This document shows, one piece after another, positions 55,264-64,000 of a stretch of DNA of 64,000 nt. A model generated the notes under the pieces. That model had not been told where the DNA came from, ran no database searches, and saw nothing but the letters and a program-made list of their open reading frames with translations. Both the position numbers and the translations under genes were made by a program. Positions within the stretch are counted from its first letter, which is position 1. Each line of letters opens with the position of its first letter. The DNA comes from a virus (lineage: Duplodnaviria > Heunggongvirae > Uroviricota > Caudoviricetes). Where the stretch lies: IMG/VR virus record IMGVR_UViG_3300029746_000001. The stretch is one strand, 5' to 3'.

Positions 55264-56674
55264 ACTTAGACCTTACCAAAAAGAGGCAGTAGATGCCGGG
55301 CTTAAGTTCCTTACAGGAAGATCTAAGAAGCCTGGCATAATCGTAGCCCCATGCGGATGTGGAAAGAGCCTTCTGATATCCAAGATAGCACATGAAATAA
55401 ATAGACCGACATTAGTATTACAGCCCTCAAAAGAGATTCTGGAGCAGAATTATGCGAAGGCCGTATCATTCGGTTCTGAACCTACTATATATTCTGCTTC
55501 ATGTGGTATAAAGGAGCTGTCGGCTATGACTTATGCAACATTAAAGAGCATAAAGAAAGATGTAGCGAGGTTGAAGGATATAGGGATAGATACCTTATTG
55601 ATAGACGAATGTCATTCAGGATATTCTCCTGAAGAAGGTTCTGAATTTATGGAGTTTATGAACGGGTTTCCAGAGGCGAAGGTGCTGGGCTTCACCGCCA
55701 CTCCCTGCCGCCTCCGAACCTACAGTTCCATGCTGGAAGGAAACTACAGCAAGCTCAATATGCTGACGAAAGACGAGCATAACTTCTTCAAGAAAATAGT
55801 TCATGTGACTCAAATACAAGAACTAACTTCTCAAGGGTTTTGGTGTCCACTTAAGTACGAACGATGGTCGTTTGATGAATCGGCTCTGATGTTAAACAGT
55901 ACCGGAGCCGAATACACCAACGAATCTATTAAAGAAAGTATTGTACGAAACGGCTTAAACAACTCTATCTACAAGCGCCTTCTTCAACTTATGAACGAGC
56001 GTAAAGCCATTTTGGTTTGCATGGATTCTATCGAATCATGTAATAGAATATCAGAGTTCATGAATGCCAGGATGGGAGCCATAACCGGTGTCGTAACATC
56101 GCTAACAACCAAAAAGAAAAGAGAGCAAATTATATCAGATTTCAAAGAAGGTAAGTTGAAAGTGGTTTTTAATTATTCAACGCTTGCTACCGGATTTGAT
56201 TTTCCTGAACTTGATTGTGTGATGTTTGGGCGACCAACTTTCTCATATTCAACTTATTACCAAATATTAGGCCGCGCCGTCCGCATCCATCTTGACAAGA
56301 AAGAGGCGCTGATAGTTGATTGCTGCGACAACATGAGGCGTTTCGGTCGGATAGAAGACCTGACAATCGAGCAATTCCCTTCTAAGGGCTGGTGTATGTT
56401 TGCCGGCAATCAACTTCTGTCTAATATAAGGATGGGTGATATTATTACCAAAGACGAGATCCTTCGTCGGGCAGCCTCGCTTAAATCTGTGAATGGAGAT
56501 GGTAGGAGAGAAGACGATCTTGACAGTATAATAATGTGGTTTGGAAAATATGAAGGAATTAGATTCAAGGACATACCGGTGTCGTATTTTAGGTTCTTGG
56601 CTGAGAATATGGCAGTAAAACCAGGAGATAGAAAAGAAAAGGTTATAGAATATTATAATAGGATAAAAGCATGA
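55253..56674 (+). CDS. Superfamily-2 DEAH-type DNA/RNA helicase with a C-terminal extension
   Basis: APCGCGKS (motif I), LLIDECHS (motif II), GFTATPCR (motif III), YQILGRAVR (motif VI). Confidence 0.7.
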   Translation: MGFELRPYQKEAVDAGLKFLTGRSKKPGIIVAPCGCGKSLLISKIAHEINRPTLVLQPSKEILEQNYAKAVSFGSEPTIYSASCGIKELSAMTYATLKSIKKDVARLKDIGIDTLLIDECHSGYSPEEGSEFMEFMNGFPEAKVLGFTATPCRLRTYSSMLEGNYSKLNMLTKDEHNFFKKIVHVTQIQELTSQGFWCPLKYERWSFDESALMLNSTGAEYTNESIKESIVRNGLNNSIYKRLLQLMNERKAILVCMDSIESCNRISEFMNARMGAITGVVTSLTTKKKREQIISDFKEGKLKVVFNYSTLATGFDFPELDCVMFGRPTFSYSTYYQILGRAVRIHLDKKEALIVDCCDNMRRFGRIEDLTIEQFPSKGWCMFAGNQLLSNIRMGDIITKDEILRRAASLKSVNGDGRREDDLDSIIMWFGKYEGIRFKDIPVSYFRFLAENMAVKPGDRKEKVIEYYNRIKA

Positions 56675-57027
56675 ACAACAAGAGAAGAAAAAAAATATCA
56701 GATGTTATTAACAACGTAAATAAGTATAAAACAGATTTTGAATACATCAAATCAAAGTTGTCGGAGTTGAAGCACAACATAAATTCAGCCAAAGATGATG
56801 TTGATATGATTTTAGACGAAGAGACTGAGGCGAGAGATAATATACCAGAATCGTTACAAGACTCAGAAAGATATTGGGAATCAGATCAGGCTGTAACTGA
56901 TATGGAGGAGGTGGTTGATGACATGGAAGGTATTATAAATGATTTAGATGATGTGATTTCAACCATAGATGGGAGCATTAAAACCATAAATGGTTCTATA
57001 AAAGTAAATTTAGTAGGAATAATATAA
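56671..57027 (+). CDS. Hypothetical acidic protein, 118 aa
   Basis: ORF track. Confidence 0.4.
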   Translation: MNNKRRKKISDVINNVNKYKTDFEYIKSKLSELKHNINSAKDDVDMILDEETEARDNIPESLQDSERYWESDQAVTDMEEVVDDMEGIINDLDDVISTIDGSIKTINGSIKVNLVGII

Positions 57028-57315
57028 ATGGAAACAAATGAATTAAGGGAAATACTTAAATTGTATGGTCTTCAACATGATGTTGTTATCAACAAAAGTT
57101 CAAGAAGGTATTCCATTATATTGGATAACAATATAATAGGAACCAACCACGCCGAAGAGAGGGTGGTTGTGTTCCGTCCTATACCGGAAGGAAAAAACAC
57201 ATTCTGCATGGAGCGAGATAGGTTCTACACGGAGTTTGAAGAAGCTTTTGATGATGATAAAGCCATAGAAGCCGTAAGACAATATTTTGAAAACAATAAA
57301 AACAGAAAGTCATGA
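57028..57315 (+). CDS. Hypothetical protein, 95 aa
   Basis: ORF track. Confidence 0.4.
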   Translation: METNELREILKLYGLQHDVVINKSSRRYSIILDNNIIGTNHAEERVVVFRPIPEGKNTFCMERDRFYTEFEEAFDDDKAIEAVRQYFENNKNRKS

Positions 57316-57653
57316 ACGAAAATGAAATATTTAGATTAAAGGGAAGAATAGCCATATCCAACCTATCACGTAAGGACAAGGATATGATAAATAGCATCCT
57401 TGATGGTATTAACAAAAAGGATGAAGATGAAAAAGGGTATGTCTATACCGTAAGAATAAAACAAAACAACGGAAGGGTTGTGCATGCTACTTTATTTTTT
57501 AAAGACAAGAAAGGCCCTACATTTGAAGATTTAAAGAAGGAGCTTGATGACATGGGAGTTAAAAATGATAGTTATAGCAATAACGGCATAATTATCATTA
57601 ACCGCATTGTCATGAGCGGAGAAGAATTTGACCGCTTTGCAAAAGAAAAATGA
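57312..57653 (+). CDS. Hypothetical protein, 113 aa
   Basis: ORF track. Confidence 0.4.
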   Translation: MNENEIFRLKGRIAISNLSRKDKDMINSILDGINKKDEDEKGYVYTVRIKQNNGRVVHATLFFKDKKGPTFEDLKKELDDMGVKNDSYSNNGIIIINRIVMSGEEFDRFAKEK

Positions 57654-57697
57654 TGGACTATATTATTATATCAAATAATTAAAACAACGATAAAACA

Positions 57698-58255
57698 ATG
57701 GAAAAGATGGACAATAATACTAAAAACATCCTTTATCCAAAAGGATCTATTTTTCGCATGTTGGAAAGTGATGTAATCAGTTCCGAATTAGAAATAGCCA
57801 GAGGAGCTATAGTGGAGGCAGTATCAGACATAGAGGTAGATGATGAATATGCTGAGGTTTGTTGCAATGGAGAGACGTTTATCGTAGGAACGGACATTAT
57901 GGGTATTATTCCTGTCAAAGTATCCAGAGAAAACAAATCGGTGAAAAATGACATCATTGACGATAAACTACGATGGGATTTACTTCCAATGGAAGAGATT
58001 GAGGACATTGTAAAAGTCTATCATGCTGGTGCAAAGAAGTACGGACCCAATAAATGGCAGAACCTTGACAACGGGTTTGAACGGTATCGTGCTGCGGCTG
58101 CCAGACACCTAATGGAATACATGAAAGGGGAAAGAATAGACTCAGATACAGGATGTTTTCATCTTGCACAATGTGCATGGAACTGCATAGCTATGCTGTG
58201 GTATGACAAGCACGGGAAAGGATTAATACCAATAAATAAGGAGGAAAAGAAATGA
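57698..58255 (+). CDS. Hypothetical protein, 185 aa; possible all-alpha dNTP pyrophosphohydrolase-like domain (MazG-like or dATP/dGTP PPase N-domain)
   Basis: WDLLPMEEIEDIVKVYHAGAKKYGPNKW resembles my recollection of phage dNTP pyrophosphohydrolase N-domains; tentative. Confidence 0.45.
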   Translation: MEKMDNNTKNILYPKGSIFRMLESDVISSELEIARGAIVEAVSDIEVDDEYAEVCCNGETFIVGTDIMGIIPVKVSRENKSVKNDIIDDKLRWDLLPMEEIEDIVKVYHAGAKKYGPNKWQNLDNGFERYRAAAARHLMEYMKGERIDSDTGCFHLAQCAWNCIAMLWYDKHGKGLIPINKEEKK

Positions 58256-58560
58256 CAATAGAACAACTAAATTATTTATTAAGAAAAGAGCTTTATGCTA
58301 TAAAAAACCATAAAGACAATATTGATAGAATCAAAAAAGAATATTTTGATTCCAATTATGGATTAAAAGAAGGAGATAAGATCCGTATTTTACACGAAAC
58401 AGGAGATGAAATGATAGGCTTCTTGAAAAAAGTTGAAGTATGTGAAGACGGAGATCTGTACTTGACAATCCAAAAACAAAACGAAAAAGGTGACAGAGGC
58501 AGAAGAACATGGAATATGTATCTATCATCAAAATCAATTAAAATTGAAAAATGTGTATAA
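58252..58560 (+). CDS. Hypothetical protein, 102 aa
   Basis: ORF track. Confidence 0.4.
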   Translation: MTIEQLNYLLRKELYAIKNHKDNIDRIKKEYFDSNYGLKEGDKIRILHETGDEMIGFLKKVEVCEDGDLYLTIQKQNEKGDRGRRTWNMYLSSKSIKIEKCV

Positions 58561-58564
58561 TGCC

Positions 58565-59692
58565 ATGAGAGTGTTAAGTTTATTTGACGGAATGTCATGT
58601 GGTCAAATAGCGTTAAAAGAAATAGGGATTACACCTGAAGTATATTATGCATCAGAAATAGATAAGTTTGCTATTAAACAAACGCAATTAAATTTCCCTA
58701 ATACTATACAAGTAGGAGATGTAAGGGATTTGAATGTAGAAGATCTTGGACACATAGATCTTATTTTAGCCGGCAGCCCATGTACAGATATGTCCTTTTC
58801 TGGAAAAAGAAAAGGGTTGTCTACCGTAGAAGGAATAGAAATCAAATCACTTAATGAGTATCTTGAATTAAAAAAACAAGGATTTGAGTTTTCCGGTCAG
58901 TCTTACTTATTCTGGGAGTTTATCCGTATTTTGAATGATGTAAGAAAAACTAATCCCGATGTGTTGTTTCTTCTTGAGAACGTTAAGATGGGAAAGAAAT
59001 GGGAGCCGGTATTTGATAATGCTATAGGGTGTAAAGGCAATCATATTAATTCAGCGCTTGTTTCCGCTCAAACCAGGAAACGTATTTATTGGACTAATAT
59101 TCAAGGCGGCATTATCCCTCAGCCTAAAGACGAGGGTTTGACCATAAGTGATATATCTGAATATGAAGTAGATGAAAAATATTACTTATCTGAAAAAGTT
59201 TTAAACAATTTAGCTTTTCACTTGAAAAGAAATCACGACAAGGGGAATTATTATGGAGCTAATATTAAAACAAAAGATGAAAAATCCAATACTGTTACCG
59301 TAAAGGGTAAATACATGTACGATCTTATTTGTGTAGCAATGAGAGGTAGGAATCCAGAAAAACCTACATGTAGAGAATCTGGTCTTAAAACAGTTCAGAA
59401 AGATAATCTTATTTTACAAATACCAAGAGGATTTAACAAAGGTGGATTTCATGAAGATAAGGCTCCAACATTATCTTGTAATTCATATGATAGAAACAAT
59501 TTTATCATACAGAGAACATTACATGGCGATTTCAGAATAAGAAGATTAACCCCTACAGAGTGCTCCAGGTTACAGACTGTACCAGATTGGTATAAATGGG
59601 AATGCAGCGAAACCCAACAGTACAAGATGTTGGGAAACGGGTGGACTATTAAAGTGATTGAACATATACTTAAAAGAATAAAAGAATCATGA
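58565..59692 (+). CDS. DNA (cytosine-5)-methyltransferase
   Basis: LFDGMSCG (motif I), GSPCTDMS (motif IV PC) and ENV (motif VI). The start is placed at ATG 58565, immediately after the upstream stop; the track ORF starts at 58490. Confidence 0.75.
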   Translation: MRVLSLFDGMSCGQIALKEIGITPEVYYASEIDKFAIKQTQLNFPNTIQVGDVRDLNVEDLGHIDLILAGSPCTDMSFSGKRKGLSTVEGIEIKSLNEYLELKKQGFEFSGQSYLFWEFIRILNDVRKTNPDVLFLLENVKMGKKWEPVFDNAIGCKGNHINSALVSAQTRKRIYWTNIQGGIIPQPKDEGLTISDISEYEVDEKYYLSEKVLNNLAFHLKRNHDKGNYYGANIKTKDEKSNTVTVKGKYMYDLICVAMRGRNPEKPTCRESGLKTVQKDNLILQIPRGFNKGGFHEDKAPTLSCNSYDRNNFIIQRTLHGDFRIRRLTPTECSRLQTVPDWYKWECSETQQYKMLGNGWTIKVIEHILKRIKES

Positions 59693-60231
59693 TTAGAACA
59701 AGATTTTACATTAAAAAATCCGACTGCGATAACGACTACCGTCCAGTCAAATGGCCTATAAAATATCCATATTGGTGTAGTGGTGAATCCGATGATTCAT
59801 TCATACTTGTAGCGTATGCCGAAGACGAAGACAGCATAAAAGAGCTGTGGCCGGAAGCATACGATATTAATGTCTTAGAAAAAGATACTGAGGTTAAATT
59901 CACATTAAGATTTCCTAAGCCTAAATGGTATGAATTGCAAGAAGAGAGATTAGAAGAGTATGATAAATTATATGGTAAATTCGTATGGGTTACGGACATG
60001 TGTCTAAAAGATGGGAAAATAAGAAAGGTAAAAGCCAGAATAGAAGATTGTGGTGGTCTTTTATTAGCCGACACTCCTGGTCGTTACACCCCTTATCAGA
60101 TAGGGGATTGTGCTTTTGAAAGCAAGGAAGAGGCTTTAAAACATGCAGAGGAACAGAGAACGGATTTAATTAAGTCTCTTAAGTTACAAATACATGAACT
60201 TGAAAATCTAAAATTTGAATGCGATGATTGA
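59689..60231 (+). CDS. Hypothetical protein, 180 aa
   Basis: ORF track; ATGA overlap. Confidence 0.45.
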   Translation: MIRTRFYIKKSDCDNDYRPVKWPIKYPYWCSGESDDSFILVAYAEDEDSIKELWPEAYDINVLEKDTEVKFTLRFPKPKWYELQEERLEEYDKLYGKFVWVTDMCLKDGKIRKVKARIEDCGGLLLADTPGRYTPYQIGDCAFESKEEALKHAEEQRTDLIKSLKLQIHELENLKFECDD

Positions 60232-60284
60232 ATAATTTGATTATTTTACAAATAACGATTACATTTACGATATAAATCATTCAA

Positions 60285-61472
60285 ATGAGATTAGTTGAAA
60301 GGCATATAGTTAAAGACAACCGGTTTGAGGATATTTGCTTCAAATCCGGCTTGTTATATAATTATGTTCTTTACAACATTCGTCAAGGAATCTTTTCAGG
60401 TAACTATTTAAAGGAATTTGATTTATCAAACAAACTTTGCAAAGAAAACCAATTCGATTTCAGGAATTTACCTAATCATGTATCCCAACAGGTGATTAAA
60501 CAGGTATTTAAAAACATAAAATCCTGGATAAAACTCAAGAAGGATTTTGAAAAGAATCCTTCTAAATACGGAAATCATAGACCTCACCTTCCATCATACA
60601 AACAAGGTAAGAAACAAAACATGGTTGTTTTCACCAACTGCAATTGTAGGGTAAAGGGTGATAATTGTATTTATTTTGTTAAAGATATAATCAAACCTAT
60701 CAAAACAAATGTAAAGAAAGACGAACTAAAACAAGTTAGAATAATCCCTCAAGCTACATGTTATGTAGTAGAGGTAGTTTATGAAAGAAAGGAAACTGAT
60801 CTTGGTTTAAACAAAGACAATTTTCTTTCGATTGATTTAGGATTGAATAATTTATGTTCATGTATTAGTAATGTAGTTAATTCTTTCATTATAAACGGAC
60901 GGGTTATGAAATCAGTAAATCAGTGGTACAATAAGAAGAAAGCTAAGTTGATGTCTTTTGTTGGTAATAAGGGAACTTCAAATAGAATAAGAAAAATTAC
61001 TTTGTTTAGAAATTGTTGGATAGAAGACAAATTGCATAAAATCAGTAGATACATTGTAGACTTTTGTAAATCTAACAATATAGGAACAATCATCATTGGA
61101 TTAAACAAAGAATGGAAAAACGAGATAAATATCGGTAAAAGGAATAACCAACATTTTGTTTCTATTCCTCATTCTAAATTGATTGATAAGATTGTTTACA
61201 AAGCAAATCTTTTAGGGATAGAGGTAATTACTCATGAGGAATCTTACACATCAAAGATTGACCATCTTGCTTTTGAACCTCTAAAGAAACAAGAATCCTA
61301 CTTAGGTAGAAGGAAGAAACGCGGATTGTTTCAAAGTTCTATTGGGGAGCTGATCAATGCAGATATTAATGGAGCAATTGGAATAGCAAGAAAAGTAATC
61401 GGTGATTCTTTCATTGGAAAGATAATCGATAGTGGATTTGTGTTTAATCCGGTTAGAATAAATATTTTGTGA
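60285..61472 (+). CDS. tnpB: TnpB-like (IS200/IS605 OrfB family) RuvC-fold protein, without the usual zinc finger and without an adjacent TnpA
   Basis: LSIDLGLNNL (RuvC-I D), VITHEESYTSK (RuvC-II E), INADINGAIGIARK (RuvC-III NADxNAAxNI). There are no Cys residues between RuvC-II and RuvC-III. Confidence 0.6.
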   Translation: MRLVERHIVKDNRFEDICFKSGLLYNYVLYNIRQGIFSGNYLKEFDLSNKLCKENQFDFRNLPNHVSQQVIKQVFKNIKSWIKLKKDFEKNPSKYGNHRPHLPSYKQGKKQNMVVFTNCNCRVKGDNCIYFVKDIIKPIKTNVKKDELKQVRIIPQATCYVVEVVYERKETDLGLNKDNFLSIDLGLNNLCSCISNVVNSFIINGRVMKSVNQWYNKKKAKLMSFVGNKGTSNRIRKITLFRNCWIEDKLHKISRYIVDFCKSNNIGTIIIGLNKEWKNEINIGKRNNQHFVSIPHSKLIDKIVYKANLLGIEVITHEESYTSKIDHLAFEPLKKQESYLGRRKKRGLFQSSIGELINADINGAIGIARKVIGDSFIGKIIDSGFVFNPVRINIL

Positions 61473-61479
61473 TATAAGG

Positions 61480-62226
61480 TTGAATCTAATGAATAAAATG
61501 AATAATTTTAATAACATTAACTACGCAGCAAAAGCCATAAGAGCTTATTTGATAAACAATTTCGATAAGATTCTTAACAGCCTCAACACGCTTCATTCGA
61601 CGGTTGAAACCATGACGTTGTTCGTAAACGACCAGGCTTATAATTACATTCTTAAGCTGAAGGAAGTGATTAAGGGTGGTCCTATGTACAAACATAATGT
61701 CAAACGATTTTTGAATGATATGGACAAAGAGATAAAGAGGTACAATGCTTCTATCTACTACATAAATAAAGAGCGTAGTGAGGTTATAGCTGATATAACA
61801 CAAGCGATGGAAGATTGCCTCATGCCATACATAGACGACCTGGCCGGCGCTATAAGGGCAGCCGTGTGGTCGAGGGGTGTGTCCGAGGAGCGGACGGAAG
61901 CGGCGGTACTGTCCCTAATCGTATCCTCCTTGGCTACGACATCAGGCAGACTTATCTCAGGTGGATATCAGATCATGAAAGAAATGGGTGGAGGTCAAGG
62001 TGGTAATCCATTTACGTTTATGAGCATTGATAAGATAAGACACTTATCTACATCATTGTCTGATGCTATTACCGGTGGAGAAATAGCTCTTGAAGAAAAA
62101 GAAGCCAATAACATAACTAAGGCAATGGATGTTTTTATTGAGAAAATGTCTGATTCGGATATTGTCGATAAGGTAATTAGCATACTCGAAGAATCAGAAT
62201 CTAAAAATAAGGAGGAGCGATCATGA
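61480..62226 (+). CDS. Hypothetical protein, 248 aa
   Basis: ORF track; begins 8 nt after the tnpB stop. Confidence 0.45.
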   Translation: MNLMNKMNNFNNINYAAKAIRAYLINNFDKILNSLNTLHSTVETMTLFVNDQAYNYILKLKEVIKGGPMYKHNVKRFLNDMDKEIKRYNASIYYINKERSEVIADITQAMEDCLMPYIDDLAGAIRAAVWSRGVSEERTEAAVLSLIVSSLATTSGRLISGGYQIMKEMGGGQGGNPFTFMSIDKIRHLSTSLSDAITGGEIALEEKEANNITKAMDVFIEKMSDSDIVDKVISILEESESKNKEERS

Positions 62227-62414
62227 ATTATTTGGATGGGTATGTAGAAGAAGTTCTTTCTGAGCCGTACTATGATGATTATGGCTCTGGGATTTTTAGG
62301 TGGTGGGTGGAAGTATCTTACATTTGTGAAGGTACAGAATCAACTACTACATTAATGTTTGATACGAGAGAAGAAGCAGAGGCAGTAAAACCAGGTTATA
62401 AATTTTTATGTTGA
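62223..62414 (+). CDS. Hypothetical protein, 63 aa
   Basis: ORF track. Confidence 0.35.
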   Translation: MNYLDGYVEEVLSEPYYDDYGSGIFRWWVEVSYICEGTESTTTLMFDTREEAEAVKPGYKFLC

Positions 62415-62421
62415 AAATAAC

Positions 62422-62658
62422 ATGAGGTATTTTGTTTTATTGATGGCACTTGTGTTATCATCATGTTCGCATGATGATAATCAGGTTAATGACGGATGGG
62501 TTATATATGATTTACGTCCTTTAGAAGATGGATGTATAATGTATTATGGTGAAGACGAAAGAATTTCAATATTTTATAATAATAGGTTTATAAAATTCGT
62601 TGGATACCAAGGGGAATACAATATCGGAGATTCTATTAAGATCGTGAAAGTAAAATAA
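62422..62658 (+). CDS. Putative lipoprotein, 78 aa (signal peptide with lipobox LSSC)
   Basis: MRYFVLLMALVLSSCSHDD. Confidence 0.45.
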   Translation: MRYFVLLMALVLSSCSHDDNQVNDGWVIYDLRPLEDGCIMYYGEDERISIFYNNRFIKFVGYQGEYNIGDSIKIVKVK

Positions 62659-62659
62659 T

Positions 62660-63148
62660 ATGGAAAATAATTTAAAACTCGTATGTCCAAAATGTGGCAC
62701 CCCTCACCAGCCTCATTCTCCGCACACGATGGATGCAGATGGATTTGAAAGGTGTGAGATAAGAACGGTCATGGAAGACAGGGGATGGTGCTACGAATGT
62801 TCTTTTTGGCAAAACTTGTACGACAAGCACAAAGACGATCCTGGATGGGTTAGGATAGACGGTGTAAGCTGGGTGCTTAAGCCTATGGTGGAAAACGTAC
62901 CGAGCGGATGGAACAGCCTTGGATGTGGTGGAAGAAAAATGTATATCAATATCGAAGGGAAAGGCATTGTTACATCAAATAACTGCTGGTGTCAAGGTGA
63001 TGTTTCGGACGCATTCAAGGATCTGATGCCTGATAATGCTACTTGGGCTACGAAGGAGGAATTTGACAAAGCTCCTGTAGTAGGACATATCATAGAAGGT
63101 ATTGGTTTAGTTTTCACGGATAGGGGAGGTCATGAAGTTAATGCTTAG
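62660..63148 (+). CDS. Zinc-ribbon protein, 162 aa
   Basis: CPKCGTPHQPHSPH...CYEC. Confidence 0.45.
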   Translation: MENNLKLVCPKCGTPHQPHSPHTMDADGFERCEIRTVMEDRGWCYECSFWQNLYDKHKDDPGWVRIDGVSWVLKPMVENVPSGWNSLGCGGRKMYINIEGKGIVTSNNCWCQGDVSDAFKDLMPDNATWATKEEFDKAPVVGHIIEGIGLVFTDRGGHEVNA

Positions 63149-63237
63149 AAACTTATTTCATGTTCTGCTTATACAAGAAAAGATGGTAACTACAACAATC
63201 CCCAACCATACAATAGGCGTACGGTTGGGGATTGTTG

Positions 63238-63918
63238 TCATATCGTAAAATTAAGTGTTTTTTTTAATATCAGATATTCAGTATGAACTTTACTTCCGCC
63301 ATCATCTATCAAGTCCAAATTAATATAAGCTGTATATGATACATGATGATCACCAGGAGTAAGATGTTTCATTTCTGATAAGAACATAGAATTTAAACCT
63401 TGGCCAGACCATGATTCTGGATATGGCAAAGGTGTAAAGTCGGCATCTGTACATCTTATAGCCCAAGTAAAATTAGGATCTGCCCTAACTATTCTATCAT
63501 GAGGTCCATCAATTACAAAATCTGACATCTCATGTTGGTAACTATCATAATTAAGGACAATAGGATCACTAAAGTTTACACCGTATATAGCAGCAGGTGG
63601 AGTAAAGCTTGTTATTAAAAAGGTTCTATTAATCCTATTGGTTGTTCTTAGCGTAAACTCATCAGGTGCTATCACACTTACTCTAAATCCATAATAAGGA
63701 GAGATTGTTAAAAAAATAGCAAGAACCACCGAATCCTGTTCAAGCAATTCCTCTGTCGTATCAACCTGACTATCGATCTCTTGCCTATCTTCCATTGGAA
63801 CACCGCCTTGGACACTTATGGAATCCAGCCGTTCTTTTTTAGACAGAAAGATAAATTGCCCGCCCTGTGGAATGGTGCCTACTTTCTTTCCTTCTACGAT
63901 TACCCCCCCCCTATACAA
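63238..63918 (-). CDS. Hypothetical protein, 226 aa, convergent at the window end
   Basis: ORF track; a C9 homopolymer at 63903-63911 lies beside the start. Confidence 0.45.
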   Translation of the reverse strand: MYRGGVIVEGKKVGTIPQGGQFIFLSKKERLDSISVQGGVPMEDRQEIDSQVDTTEELLEQDSVVLAIFLTISPYYGFRVSVIAPDEFTLRTTNRINRTFLITSFTPPAAIYGVNFSDPIVLNYDSYQHEMSDFVIDGPHDRIVRADPNFTWAIRCTDADFTPLPYPESWSGQGLNSMFLSEMKHLTPGDHHVSYTAYINLDLIDDGGSKVHTEYLILKKTLNFTI

Positions 63919-64000
63919 TCGCTAACTATCTTATACTCATATAGTTTAGCATTATTTTCAAATCTTCTTCTCATAATTTCATAAAATTAATTCAGTAAAG

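Noticed and set aside
57698-58255. Z-genome (2-aminoadenine) pathway MazZ call
   Set aside because: Only a vague resemblance to dNTP pyrophosphohydrolase N-domains was seen. No PurZ or DatZ homologue is present in the window.
60285-61600. Annotating an intact IS200/IS605 insertion sequence around tnpB
   Set aside because: No TnpA, no recognisable terminal hairpins or inverted repeats, and no space downstream before the next gene. Only the TnpB-like CDS is called.
1-64000. Integrase, excisionase or repressor lysogeny module; major capsid, portal or tail genes
   Set aside because: No tyrosine or serine recombinase motifs and no recognisable structural-protein signatures were found by eye. Structural genes presumably lie upstream of terL, outside the window.

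Overview
The window is about 64 kb of a densely packed, low-GC dsDNA phage or phage-like element. The host is most likely in Bacteroidota, because many gene starts are preceded by the Bacteroidetes-type -7 promoter box TAnnTTTG. Positions 1-4650 form a minus-strand block that ends in a large-terminase gene running off the window start. That gene appears to be interrupted by two LAGLIDADG-type inteins. From about 4.8 kb onward there are about 110 mostly small plus-strand genes. Recognisable ones include: a PIF1/RecD-like helicase; a ThyA-family enzyme; a RuvC-like resolvase; an SSB-like protein with an acidic DDLPF tail; dUTPase; a HAD phosphatase; a DHH/DHHA1 phosphoesterase; a cluster of four tRNAs (Met-CAT, Gln-TTG, Arg-CCT and one non-canonical); a Zn-ribbon/TOPRIM primase; a DnaB-like helicase; two PD-(D/E)XK nucleases, one of them Cas4-like with an Fe-S cysteine cluster; an SF2 DEAH-type helicase; a C5 cytosine methyltransferase; an acyl carrier protein followed by an NfeD-flotillin (SPFH) pair; a small ABC-type ATPase cassette; and a solo TnpB-like RuvC nuclease that lacks the usual zinc finger. 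The interval 19.9-23.4 kb is mostly non-coding and looks regulatory. It holds an array of ~30 bp tandem repeats next to GC-rich palindromes and AT-rich inverted repeats, a second array of 42-51 bp palindrome-containing repeats, a candidate sRNA carrying two direct repeats, a shared leader motif in front of two genes, and three tRNA-like minihelix elements lying 21-29 nt upstream of start codons. Two genes with recognisable family motifs (a DUF2829-like gene and a pol-beta nucleotidyltransferase) are each interrupted by a single in-frame TAA. All calls rest on hand translation and motif recognition. No database search or computation was possible.
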